Positions 12,065 through 25,943 of a stretch of 64,000 bases of DNA are shown here, in pieces. The stretch is from contig OX597816.1 in assembly GCA_951406725.2 (NCBI GenBank), positions 121,272,001 through 121,336,000 on the forward strand, read 5' to 3'. How positions within the stretch are numbered: the stretch's first letter is position 1; the number at the start of each line of letters is the position of its first letter. The DNA is from Octopus vulgaris. Lineage: Eukaryota. The translations under genes and the position numbers were made by a program. A model generated the notes under the pieces. The model saw nothing but the letters and a program-made list of their open reading frames with translations, searched no databases and had not been told where the DNA came from.

Positions 12065-12561
12065 AAGAAGAAGAAGAAGAAGAAGAAGAAGAGCAACAAC
12101 AACAACAAGGATTCAGTTTTTATTAACCACAAAGGGTTTTCATTAAGAAAAACATTAAGGACAGTACAGGACAAAGCAAAGAATGGGTGTGTGCATGTGT
12201 GTGTGAGTGTATTGTTGTGAGGGTCTTGCGTGCAAAGAAAAAGAACAAATTCAACAATGTGTATTCCTCAATAAAGAAGAAACATTCGAGAGCTGCTCAT
12301 GGAAAAACCTCGTAAAAACCACAGGTACCCTTTTTTTCTTTCTTTTTTTCCAATACAGGCGTATTCTCAGGTCAGGCCCGTTTATACGCACCAGTCTCGC
12401 CATTTTCATCTACCTATCAGCAAACTGGCTAAAAGACAACACTTCTCCCTCTATCCCTATTTTCCCTTTCAACACACGAGAATTCATACGATTATCCAAA
12501 AAACCGAAAAAAAAAAAATTGGCAGGGCTGCGTGATTGAAGGCCTATCTGGTTGTTATTTT

Positions 12562-12838
12562 TAGCACATCTCATTACCACTTCAATGTGGAGAGTATATT
12601 TGTCAACACGTGCTTTCTCGCAGACAAAAGAGTTCTCATGCTTGAATTATTAATATGGAAATAGGCATGAATGTGTCCGTGGCTTACGATTGGCTAAAAT
12701 TACCCAAAATTAAAAACTATTAACTCTTTATTTATCGATTTATGGCGAAAATGAATTTCAAGGCATTAATTAGAATATAAAACGATATCATTACACCGAA
12801 TAGGACATCAATTGGAACAGAAATTGAAGAGATTGAAA
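12562..12838 (+). repeat. Unclassified interspersed repeat, copy 1
   Basis: Colinear with ~42790-43075 (GGCTTACGATTGGCTAAAATTACCCAAA, TATCATTACACCGAATA). Confidence 0.8.
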
Positions 12839-12854
12839 CCAAACAGAAAAGACG

Positions 12855-13062
12855 ATTTGAAGTGGAAAATACGCAGGTTGGGGGCTATGAATAGAGTGGA
12901 CGTGATACCAGCAGTAATTCGCACTCTTGGAAATATCAGCACACAACTACCAACATGGCTCAAAAAAATTGGTACAAATGTAAAGATAGAACACTTACAG
13001 AGATCATCATTGCTTGGAACTGCAAGAGTTCTCCGCAGGGTTCTTGAAGCATGACCAATAAA
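12855..13062 (+). mobile_element. 3' end of a REL-endonuclease LINE (R4/Dong-like)
   Basis: VIPAVIRTLG...WLKKIG...EHLQRSSLLGTARVLRRVL*, a typical C-terminus of restriction-like-endonuclease LINEs, followed by AATAAA. Confidence 0.7.
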
Positions 13063-13194
13063 CAAGCGCTACCGCAGTGTGCTAGCCGTAGACAGCAGAC
13101 ATTTTCTATCATACCCAGCAAAATAAGCTGAGAGTTTTCCCCAAATAATAAAGCTTTCAAATTTTGCCCCAAGAGCAGTAATTTTCTGAGAGAG

Positions 13195-13344
13195 AATGAG
13201 TCGATTATATCGACCCCAGGGTTCAACTGGTACTTATCGACCCTGAAAGGTAAAGTCGACATCGGCGGAATTTGATCTCAGAACGTAGTAACGGCCGAAA
13301 TACCGCTAAGCATTTCTCCCGGCGCACAAACGACTCTGTAAGCC

Positions 13345-13345
<1 letters not shown>
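13195..13345 (-). mobile_element. SINE family B
   Basis: Reverse-complement match to 30400-30633. Confidence 0.7.
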
Positions 13346-13920
<575 letters not shown>

Positions 13921-14707
13921 ATGTTGATGTGAGATTACATGGAAGGCCTGTAACCAGTAAAATACAAATTAGGTTGCTAGATGTGGGCCAGCTTAACTAT
14001 ATACTACGGCGATGGTGACAAAGCAACATTTTTTTTCCAATTATTTGCCACCTTTCGGACTAAATACAGTCGAAGCGACACTATCTGCTTTTTCTTTATT
14101 ATTATTTTTTTTCTACTTTGTTTACTCACTTCAGGACGAATGGCCAGGACCCTAAAACCCTAGATTCTCCACTTCTCAAAGAGAATTTTCTTCTGAATTA
14201 ACTCTGATATTGTCTATTCATACCAGACACTAAACTTCACCAAAGTTTCTTTTTTTTTTATTTATATTTAACCCTATTTTACTTTGGTACATGTATTTCT
14301 TTTTAGATTCTGTCTTATCTAGGTACCGGTAGTTATCCAAAAGATTGTGATTTCTGTTTATCATCTAAATATAGAGTAATGAACCATCAGTTGGTGCAGC
14401 ACGGCAGTTTGTCGGTTCTGTGAATGGTTTGACTATATATAGAAACGTAACGCACCCACATACACACATATGCGAGCATGAGTGAAGTGTAGTCACTCAA
14501 GCACACACACATTAGCATATGCACACACACATATACAGGTATACAGGCAATGATAGATATGCATTAGATGTAATATATATATATATATATATATATATTA
14601 ATACAGACACGAACTGAGACGTACATACGATCATTGTAATAAATATTTCTATATATCCTTATACACACACACATACACGCACACACTATATATATAATAT
14701 ATATGTA

Positions 14708-14782
<75 letters not shown>

Positions 14783-14787
14783 ATCTA

Positions 14788-14887
<100 letters not shown>

Positions 14888-14938
14888 ACATACATATATA
14901 TATATGTATATTATATATATACTATGCATATCTATTTG

Positions 14939-15027
<89 letters not shown>

Positions 15028-15566
15028 AAATATAAAATATATAATATATAAATACTCACACACAGACATACACATATATGTATTTTACTTGTGTGTGTGT
15101 GTGTGTAGATTAATAGACAAATAGGGAGATTTGTTTAATCACACACACACAATATGGAAATAATATTTTGCGCGCGTATACGAGTGTGAGTTGTGTTTTA
15201 ACACGTACACAGACTTCTAAATAGGCGGAGGCAAGATCTTCGCCAGACAGGCCGGCAGGTTGTTTGCCTTTTACTAGATATGGACTTGTAAGCACAGTGC
15301 AGGCGTATTTTGGGGTGTGAATCTCCTGTGACGTATAGCCTAGCGCCCCTAGTTACGCACTTGCCAACCGACCGACCGACAGACAGACCAGCCGACCGAC
15401 TAAACGAATTCGCTAGTAACACAGCCATACTTACTCTCTTATACATTCACAGATGTAGTAATTTATACATAGATTCGTGCATGTAAATCATGTAAATTCA
15501 GAAAGATGGATATATGATGCATGTATGTTGTTTATATGTGTGTAATTAAGCAAAGCGCGCGAATAC

Positions 15567-15610
<44 letters not shown>

Positions 15611-15611
<1 letters not shown>

Positions 15612-16004
15612 TTTACTTGTTTCAGTCATGTGCTGGAGCACCGTCTTTAGTCGAGCAAATCGACCCCAGGACTTATTCGTTTTTAAGCCTAGTACTTATT
15701 CTATCGGTCTCTGTTGCCGAACCGCTAAGTTACAGGGACGTAAACACACCAGCATCGGTTGTCAAGTGATGTTGAGGGACAAACATAGACACACACAAAC
15801 ACACACACACATACACGCATGCGCACACACACACACACATATACATATATACGACAGGCTTCTTTCAGCTTCCGTCTACCAAATCCACTCACAAGGCTTT
15901 GATCGGCTCGAGGCTATAGTAGAAGACACCTGCCCAAGGTGCCACGCAGTGGGGCTGAACCCGGAACCATGTGGTTTGTAAGCAAGCTACTTACCACACA
16001 CGCC
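15611..16004 (-). mobile_element. SINE family A, near full length
   Basis: Reverse complement of 5754-6101, including the internal (CA)n. Confidence 0.85.
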
Positions 16005-16224
16005 TATGTATGTATATATATATATATATATTAAGAGACAGAGAGGGAGAGAGAGAGAGAGAACGATAAAGAGAAAGGGAGAGTGAGACCTGTGCGCATG
16101 CGCATATGTGTAACAAGGAGAATAGCCTAAAAAAATCTTTAAAACATGTTTCAGAAAACACACATAATATGGTAGATATATAAGCATAAACAAACGGAAA
16201 AACAGAAATCACACAATATCATTT

Positions 16225-16700
16225 ATTTGTCTCAGCCATTTAGGACTGTGGCCATGCGAAGGATTCGCCTTGAGCAAGCTTTTAATCAAATGAAACTACC
16301 CAAGTACTTATTTTTTGTTTTGCTTGATAATTACTCTACCGATCACTTTGTCAGACCACTAAGCTACGGGTACGTAAACACAGCAACACCGGTTGTCAAG
16401 CGGTCGTGGGGGCAAACACAAACTCAAATACACACGCGAGTGTGCGCGCGCGCACTCACATACACACGCACTCATATATGTATGCATATGTCTGTGTCTG
16501 CATTTGTGTTTGGGTTGGTCTCCCACCACCACTTGACAACCAGTGTTGCTTTGCTTACATCCCTGTAACTTAGCGGTTCAGTTAAAGAGGCTGATAAAAT
16601 AAATATCAGACTTATATAAAAATTAGTACTGGGGTCAATTTGTTAAGCTAAAGTCTTGAAGTCGGTACTCCTGCATGACTGCAGTCCAATGACTGAAACA
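16225..16700. mobile_element. Two SINE family A 3' halves in inverted orientation
   Basis: ~16225-16425 on minus and ~16490-16700 on plus. Confidence 0.65.
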
Positions 16701-17068
16701 AATCTGTGTGTTATGCATATGTATATATACATGCATACACATGCACATATATCATCATTAATATCTTCATTATCATCATCTTCATCACCACCATCATCAC
16801 CACCACCACCACCACCACAACCACTATCACCATTATCATTATCAGCAGCAGCAGCAGTATTTCATGCGTTTGACTTTTGGAAAGAATACTGTGGGAAGGA
16901 GCACTCTGCACCTGTTGCAAGTTTGCCAGTGACCAGTGAAGCCAAGATATTGTCTGGCTGCAGCTTCTGTTAGAAAAATTCTGTTCTAAATTCGTTGCCA
17001 TAGTGTCAAAGTTCTTCCATCTTCATTTGTTCCGGTGGCCGGCCCTGCATGCATTTTCGAAAAAGAAA

Positions 17069-17230
17069 ACCTATTTATTTACTACCCACAAGGGGCTAAA
17101 CACAGAGGGGACAAACAAGGACAGACAAACGGATAAAGTCGATTACATCGACCCCAGTGCGTAACTGGTACTTATTTAATCGACCCCGAAAGGATGAAAG
17201 GCAGAGTCGACCTCGGCGGAATTTGAAATC
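17069..17230 (-). mobile_element. SINE family B, 3' part
   Basis: Near-identical reverse complement of 30480-30633. Confidence 0.85.
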
Positions 17231-17523
17231 AAGAAAAGCAATTGGTTAATGGTGTGTTGTCAATTTCTATGATGAGAGGCTAGTGTCTATTACAAGCGAT
17301 GATCAGTGATAACAAGCACCAAGGGATTTCTTCAGAGAATCTCTGTTTCTCTTCTTAGATATCCCTCTATTATCATGGCTAGCGAAGTATTCGCTATATT
17401 GTACTGCCTAGAGCAGGCGATGGTTCACCATCCGGAAAATATGCCCTAATAGGTGCAGCTGCGATGCTGGTGACACCTACATGTCCGAGGACTTTAATGT
17501 TGGTAAAACGGGTCACTCTCGTG

Positions 17524-17999
17524 GAGGAGTTCTCAGCCATTTTTTACGTATGGACCCCTTTCGTTACTATCTTATTCTGGTGGCCTCCTCCATAGCCATT
17601 CGATGTTTAAAAACTACGTTTATGAATTTGTCTTACAAGATTCTTCGTGTGAAATCGTGTGTTGAAACAAATATTGTTGTATTTAGAAAAATAATTAAAA
17701 AAATTAACTATCCCGAAATATAATAATATAGTTTAAAAGCTAGTTTTATAGAAACTTCTTTCAAAATACCTATTTTGTTTTTCACGCATTAACTCGTGTA
17801 GGTTGAGTTATGTAAAACGTTAGAAAAAGAAACCAAGCTGTTTCTTGCAATACATACTGATACATACATCTAAAGCAAATTTTTTTCAGGGGCCCTAAAA
17901 TATCAACGTGGATTCCTAACATACGATTTTATTGTGTGGATCCCCAAAATTCTTACATGGACCCTCAGAGGCCATATAGACTCAGGTTGAGAACTACTG
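17524..17999. mobile_element. hAT-type MITE, longer variant
   Basis: GAGGAGTTCTCAGCC...GGTTGAGAACTACTG with a degenerate 8-bp TSD CTCTCGTG/TTCTAGTG. Confidence 0.75.
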
Positions 18000-19249
18000 T
18001 TCTAGTGGATGTTACAGATGGCACCTTGGCCGCACTGACTGAAGCGCTCAGTGGGCCGTAGATGTTGACAACAGGTAACACATGACTCAGAGCTGCATAG
18101 TAGACACGTTAACAAAACGGTTCTCTACACGCTGATCTCTGTGCCTTTTTCCAGATGCTTGTTGTTCCAGACCATTTTGTAGTCTGGTGAACATACTGTT
18201 ACCTTTGCCAATCGGTTTTCTACATTTTTTATTCTTATTTTATCCTTTTTTTAAAAATTCGTTATCTTTCAACTTTTACTTTTTTCACTCATTGGACTGC
18301 AGTCATGCCAATAGACAGCCCTAAATGATTTATTCAAACAAATCGACAAGCAGATGAAGAGAGTAAGCGTGAAGACATAGGTTAAATGATCTGGTTTTTA
18401 AATCTAGATTAAATTCCCCATTGCATTCTCAATTCATGTATTTAATCTGAATGTCTGTTAAAGAGAACTCCAGTAAAGACATCAAAGACCACGTGTTGGA
18501 GTTCATCAAGGCGAGAGATTAAGTGTACATGATCAACATATCTAATGTTTTTTGATTCAGTACAACTCACTGTAAATAGACTCCTGTCACGCCGGAAGTA
18601 TTAAGGGCGTCGTACCACTGAAGATTGGGTGTCATTAAATCGTAGTGCTGAGTTCAAATTTTAAAGTAGATATAGCTTAAATGAAAATGAGCTCCTCTTG
18701 TATAATTTGCCTTAGATATGCCACGTTACGAAAACTTAAATAACGAACTGAGTGATATGGTGGTTTATTTGACTTCAGACATATTCCGAGCCAATGGGGA
18801 AAGATTTACGTGGTCACCCGATCGGGTAGAAGTGACAGGGCTCGTACATTCTTGCTCGCGCACGATCTGTCAACACCCTAAATCAGCATTTACATACGTT
18901 TCATCTTACCAACTTAAAAAGGAAAAACCACATTGGATAATGTAAACCTCGTAAATGCACAAAAACGTATAGGAAAAAAAACTGGCCGACATGGTCATGT
19001 CTTTGATCATAGGTCTGGTCAGTGACAGTTGACCAGGTGCAACGAAGAACAACATATGTAATTACATGAGGATGCACTAATCAGTTTGCGTTAACAGATA
19101 TTCTAAGCTTTCAGAAATTAAAAATAAAACGCTGTCTAAAAACATGAAAACTATTAAAATTGAGGTATACGATGTTGTATCAAAAATAGTGCAAAAGAAG
19201 GCGTATATTTTTTTTATTGACACAGTTCAAATTTCACATATTGGTAGAG

Positions 19250-19900
19250 TAAAGATATATAAGTCAATGTAGTCTCCATTACAAGTGGTGCATTTGAACC
19301 ATTGTTGAATTTAACTTGAGAACCCCCTTTGATAAATTTGAGGTGTTCACTGTTGTACCTATTTCCACCTCGTTTGTATCATCAAATCGTTCTTCTTGAA
19401 GACTCTTTCTTTTAATGATGGATAGGCGATGGCTGATTATCCCAATTAGCCGATGGATGATTTGTTACCATTCTCAGATTTTGATTCTTGTTCTATCTCT
19501 TTCTCCAAATGGATTTTCTAAGCTTTTCTATGTGCCTCAATGTACCATTCACTGTTCACGGTACAACCACGTTTCAGAAAACCAAAGAGAACGACACCCT
19601 TATCATCTCTAAAAACAGTCTCAATGATTTTCATTGCCAATCACTGGCCCTTGAAATTCGTAGGTCTTAAAGAATAGGAATGATGTCATTCGATGAACTG
19701 AGCCTTCGTTTCCGGATCGTAAAGATACGGCTACATTTCATCCCGTCGCCTAATCGGGGTAAAAAGCGCTTCATTGATTTCACGGGCTTCGCCAGATCAG
19801 AGCAGACTTACGCTCTTCCCTCCTTCAAATCAGATATTAATTTCCACTGGGCGATTTGTCTTCAATGCTGGTTTTCCCCTTTTTTAATCTTCTTCATCCA
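19250..19900 (-). pseudogene. Decayed mariner-type transposase
   Basis: Minus strand gives TGDE-like*PYLYDPETKAQFIE* (mariner TGDExWxxxYDPETKxQSxEW motif) near 19680-19755 and a C-terminal NGDYID near 19265-19285. Many stops and frameshifts. Confidence 0.7.
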
Positions 19901-21096
19901 CCTACGCACATTGCTCTTATCAATGGTGTCATCTCTGTAAATAACATGTATCCTTCCATGGATGTAGGACAGCCTGCACCCCAGCTTCATCAAGAACTTA
20001 ATGACAGTACATTATTTCTTCCTAGAACCCATTAATTGTTTGCCATGAAGAAAAACAGGAAGAAAAATTATAACAGAAGGAGAATTACTGTACCAGCGTA
20101 TGCAATTTGAACGACTTGGGTTAGTTAATAAAAAAAAGTTGTGCTCGATTTTGCATTACTTTCGGTAGAAATCTCGTAATAGAAATAGCAGTAAAAGAAA
20201 AAGTTCTCTTTGTGAACTTCAATGGAAAACAGAAAATATATAAATATATAAGTAGATAAACAAATAAATAAACGAAAACACGTAGATCAAGTTAATGGGG
20301 AAATTAACCCAGGTCTACAACGGACACAGACCAGATAAAAAGAGATGTAAACAGTAACATCAACCTCTCACTTCATCTACATACTTAATAACGAAAACTA
20401 AATCTTTCTCTTTTCATTATCTTTTCTTTCTCTTTCTGCTATCTTATTTCTATTTAATCTTTCCAATTCTTCACTTCTTTTCAGCTCCTTCTTCTTCGCT
20501 CGTGTTTTCTTACATTTTCTTTTCTCAACTCTAACTTTCATGACCTAACGCATTTTCTTTCCTAATTTTTTTTTCTACTTATAACAGCAACTCTTTAGAA
20601 TTTCCACCTTTCTCTGTTTTCTAGACAACTTCATTATTCCTTTTACTTATCTAGACGAAGTTCTGCAAGGTCCAAGTATAATGGAGACAGCCCTTCCATC
20701 TCAAAGCAGTCAACATATGTTCTTCCACATACACTTCACCTTTTGTAAACCACTTTGTTACTCTTCTCATTCTATTTACATAGGTAGACATCCATCAAAC
20801 CAGCCAGCCATATGTGCATACATACATACATACATACATACATACATAACACATACATACATACATACATACATACATACATACATACATACTTACATTA
20901 TTCCTTTTACTTATCTAGACGAAGTTCTGCAAGGTCCAAGTATACATGCATACATACATACATACATACATACATACATACATACATACATACATGCATA
21001 CATACATACATATACATTCTTCTACACACACTTCACCTTTTGTAAACCACTATACATACATACATACATACATACATACATACATTACATCATACA

Positions 21097-21127
<31 letters not shown>

Positions 21128-21224
21128 TTACATAGGTAGACATCCATACATACATACATACATACATACATACATACATACATACATACATACATACATA
21201 CATACATACATACATACATACATT

Positions 21225-21492
21225 TGATCGCAGTTTCGATTCCCAGACCGGGTGTTGTGTGTATTTATTGAGCGGAAACACCAAAAGCTCCACGAGGCTC
21301 CATCAGGGGGTGGTGGCGAACCCTGTTGTACTCTTTCGCCTCAACTTTCTTTCACTCTCTCTTCCTGTTTCTTGAGTAACACTGCAATGGACTGGCGTCC
21401 CGTCCAGCTGGGGGGAACACATGCACCACAGAAACCGGGAAACCGGACCCATAAGCCTGGCTAGGCTTGAAAAGGGCGCATAAATAAAAAAA
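21225..21492 (+). mobile_element. SINE family C (5'-truncated) with MetaSINE-like body
   Basis: Shares the family C head, followed by ATGGACTGGCGTCCCGTCCAG...CAGAAACCGGGA and an A-rich tail. Confidence 0.75.
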
Positions 21493-21782
21493 AAATGTAG
21501 AAAGACAAGAAAATTTGAATAATTAAATTTGCAAATAAATAATTAAAATTTGTAAATTTTCTTGAGGCGGTGCCCAGCATGGCCGCAGTCTAATAATTGG
21601 GACAAGTAAAAGGATAAAAGAACAAATATATACACTTCTAACGATAATGATGATGATGATGAAGATAACAATCATTATCTAAAAATACCGATTCAGGCGA
21701 GTGAAATCAAGGGAGACAATACCAAAATGTTAATTAAAATTAAATATAGAATGCAGTGTGTGTGAATTTACCGCGGGCGCCG

Positions 21783-21876
<94 letters not shown>

Positions 21877-21948
21877 TGCATATATACATATTTATATATA
21901 CATGCATATATTTGTATATGTGTGCGTATGTGTGGTTGTGTGTATGTT

Positions 21949-21995
<47 letters not shown>

Positions 21996-22044
21996 CTATA
22001 ATTCTTTTCCCTCGTAATGTCTCTTTATTTCCTTTCCATTCTTG

Positions 22045-22900
22045 CTTCCTCTTCTTCTTCTTCTTCTTCTTCTTCTTCTTCTTCTTCTTCTTCTTCTTCT
22101 TCTTCTTCTTCTTCTTCTTCTTCTTCTTCTTCTTCTTCTTCTTCTTCTTCTTCTTCTTCCTCGTCCTCCTCCTCTTCACACCCCTTTCACCCTCTTTAAT
22201 TCTCCTACACAATTCCCCCATCACTGTTGTGCTTACAGTTTCACGTAACCCATTTATGGTTTCCTAATTACGACACCACCATCACCACCACGATCATCAT
22301 CACTACCATCAATGCCATCATTACTATCACTACCATCACCATAACCACGATCACCACCATCATCGCCATCACTACCATCACCATGATTATTATCACCACC
22401 ATCACCATCACTACTATCACTCTCATCACAACTACAAAGAACAACAACAGCGACATCATCAATATATTAGCGTTATAACCACAAACGCCAGTAGCGCTAG
22501 CACCACTACTATCATCGCTGCCACCACCATCACCACCACCACCGCTGCCACCACCATCACCACTGCTCCCACCACCACCGCCGCCACCACCACCACCACC
22601 ACCGTCATCACCGCTGCCATCACCACCACCACAACTACCACCACCACCACCAACACCACCATCACCACAACCACCACCATCACGAATTATACCACCATCT
22701 CTACTAACATCAAGACTAACGCCAGCACCATCCGCAACACAATAACCAATACCAACACAGACACCACCGTTACACCAATGACGCCCTCGAAACATTACTA
22801 TCACATCACCAGAATCATCGCCAGCAGCAACAGTACCACTTCCCCAACCACCACTGACACTAGTGCCAACAATAAAAACGCCATTGCCGTTAGCACCCAC
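22045..22900. repeat. (CTT)n followed by degenerate (ACC/ATC)n low-complexity tract
   Basis: Seen directly. Confidence 0.9.
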
Positions 22901-23203
22901 ACGAGCGAAAAGCCGTTAAGGCAACCAATCGATATGTTAGAAATCTTCCTCATGTACTTCATCAGTCTTAAATAAAGGATAAACGCGATAATGAAGTCTT
23001 ATATGCACATAAAAATGACTGGATGATCATGGATGGGATGCCTTTGATCGTAGCTCTGCTTGATCAGGACTGACTTCGGGTTAAGCCAGAACAAAATCAG
23101 CAACTAAAACAACCCAATGGAATCCTGATGACCGCGATACGAATTCTATAAGTCGTTTTACCTGTTAGAAATAGCAACACGATCTCCCTCAAAGATGGAA
23201 AAC

Positions 23204-23461
23204 GCTATTCTGTCTACATAGAGGCATATTAGTGATGGATGATAAGATAAGGTCACTTGGGTAAGGAATGACCAGGCTTGTTTTCACTTTTAAGAATGCT
23301 TGTTGTTCTTGTTCTTGTTTCAACTATGGCTGCCTCTGCGTAGTTATTTGTGTTGTTATTTACTTTGTAAAACAGTAAGAGGAGAGGGTTGCAAACACAT
23401 TACCCTCTACCCACATTTTTCCCATCCACATACTAATATGCCTCTATGTAGACAAAATAGC
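23204..23461. mobile_element. MITE-like element with ~38-bp TIRs
   Basis: GCTATTCTGTCTACATAGAGGCATATTAGT...ACTAATATGCCTCTATGTAGACAAAATAGC. Confidence 0.75.
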
Positions 23462-24056
23462 CATGTCTCGAATGACATTGATCACAGGTCTGTTCAATCA
23501 AGCCTGATCTGGGGCTGAACTACAACGTAACACAACATCACTACCGTCACCATCATTACCAACAACAGTAAAAATGAAGCAAGCAGAGAAATTCAATGTG
23601 GTCTGCTAAAAATAGCAACCATGTCTCCTTCAAATCACATCTTACAGCTCAGTCACGACAGGAGGTAAATTCACACATAAGTTCGTATGAAAACTTTCTG
23701 CTGATAAATAGAATATTGAAAAATTTCGCAGCGGAAACAATATAAGCATTATATCAAGCAATAGTCTTCTCAAGAACTGTATGCATTCATTTGGACAATT
23801 TGTATCTCCGTTCTCACATTAAGTGTTCTGAATGTGGACCCCACTGTCGTTGACGATAGATGAAGGTTACGCCAATTTCTTGTTGAACAACCTGTACGGA
23901 TGATTTGTTTACAGTGATCAAATGTTTGTGTTGTTCATTAGCACAGTCTCTCCATTAAATCACCATTGCCTGTCTAGGTGCAAGGTGTGACACACGTCAG
24001 ATGTTCGAGTGATTGCAGAGCAATATGAATTGAAGTGTTTTGCTCAAACATACAAT

Positions 24057-24476
24057 GCATATAGCCAATCAGAGCTCAACTATCACACTAATTTATGAGC
24101 GCATAACAAGTAATGGACGATAAGATAAAGTCACTTGGATAAGGAATGACCATGTTTCTTTTGTCTTTTAAGAATGCTTGTTGTTCTTGTTCTTGTTTCA
24201 ACCATGGCCGTCTCTGCGTAGTTATTTGTGCTGTTGTTTACTTTGTAAAACAGTAAGGGGAGAAGGTTGCGAGCACATCACCCTCTACCCACATTTTTCC
24301 CATCCATATCTTTACCACATAGGACCCCAACAAAATCCGATAATAGTTATAGATGCAAATCTCTCTAATTACTTGTCTCATAAATCAGGCATAACTTGGC
24401 GATCGGTCGACTTACAACACCGTGCTTCGTCTTAAGTTTACTTAATAGAGTAGGTGATCTGTGATTGGCTGTATGC
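24057..24476. mobile_element. Inverted-repeat element containing a second copy of the 23234-23428 core
   Basis: Arms GCATATAGCCAATCAGAGCTCAACTA / TAGGTGATCTGTGATTGGCTGTATGC, with the core copy at 24113-24306. Confidence 0.6.
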
Positions 24477-24519
24477 AAATGAGCTCATTACTGGGGTCCG
24501 GAACTCTCGTGGGAAAAAA

Positions 24520-24715
24520 TGGGCTTAGCAGTATTTCGTCTGCCGTTACGTTCTGAGTTCAAATTCCGCCGAGGCCGACTTGGCCTTTCATCCTTTCAGG
24601 GTCGATAAATTAAGTACCAGTTATGCACCGGGGTCGATGTAATCAACTTAATCCCTTTGTCTGTCCTTGTTTGTCCCCTCTATGTTTAGTCCCTTGTGGG
24701 CAATAAAGAAATAAT
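24520..24715 (+). mobile_element. SINE family B (5'-truncated)
   Basis: Matches 30440-30633. Confidence 0.85.
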
Positions 24716-25943
24716 AAACTCGCTTTTTCTCTTTCCATCGAATCGACATTGCCTGTACACGTAGGTGCACGGTGTGCCACGCGTCAGTTGTGCTGAAGTG
24801 GTTGCAGAGCAACGTGAAATGAAATGTTTTGCTCGAGAACACAATGCAATACCAGGTCTAGGAATCGAAACTTCGTTTTAGCTGTCATAAGTGAAACACC
24901 CCAACCACTCCCCTCCTGCACATCTCTGCTCACAAACTCAACTAACGCTTAGTATTAACCTCTTTCTTTATAGTTAATAAAGTTGTTATAATGTATATCA
25001 AATTCTTCGTCTATTTACTTTGGTCTACATTGTAAATAGGGTTTTTAGATATAATTTTACCTATCAGGTCGGTGGGATCTTGCTTATACTTCAATCTGGC
25101 TCGTAAAGCCAACCCAGTTTGACACCCCAGTTTTAATTCATACATAACAATATTCAAGGAAACCTAATAGAGTTTTTTCATGAGTAAAATAAATATACTG
25201 TCAAACACCACCAAAATTATCCCGGACATCAAAAATTTGATAAATATTTGTTTTGCTATTACTCCACTTGCTGCATCCTTTATATTGGCTGTTTGTTAAT
25301 CGTTAATTTTTTGTTCTTTTACTTCTTTGAGTCATCGGATGTGGCAATGGTGGGGTCCTACTTTTAAAGGTTCGTCAATAATATCTACGTTTTACTTCTA
25401 GGTGGCATTGTTTTATTGACCTTTATTTATCGAATGACTTAGTTACATTATAAGATAAAGGAAGCAACCTGGCGCACGCTTTATATCTGCATACATAGAT
25501 ATATCAGACTCTCATATTTGCTTACATGCTCTCACATATACACACATACATTTCCAAAGCACATTAATTACAAAAGAACGGGAATTATGCAACCATATTC
25601 GCTTGGTGATTACGTTATTCCTATTTGTAGTCATTTATTAATTAATATTATTTAATTATCTCGCCTGTCTTTACTTTCTAAGTTCAAATCCCGCCGAGGT
25701 CGACGTTGCTTTCATCCTTTCCTTTCGGGGTCGATAAATTAAGCACCAGTTGCGTACTGGGGTCGATCTTATCGATTGGTCTCCTCCTTCAAAATTTAGA
25801 GGAGCTTGTGCCTAGAGTAGAAAAGAATATTATTTAATTATCGTTTGGTTTATATTGGAGTTCAGAGAAAAGAACGTCTATTAATTTGTACTACATCATT
25901 ACTGGAGTTAATGAATACTGCGCATTATCAATATACTGAATTT

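Noticed and set aside
22268-22900. 210-aa Gly/Val-rich ORF
   Set aside because: Degenerate (ACC/ATC)n repeat with no domain or splice evidence.
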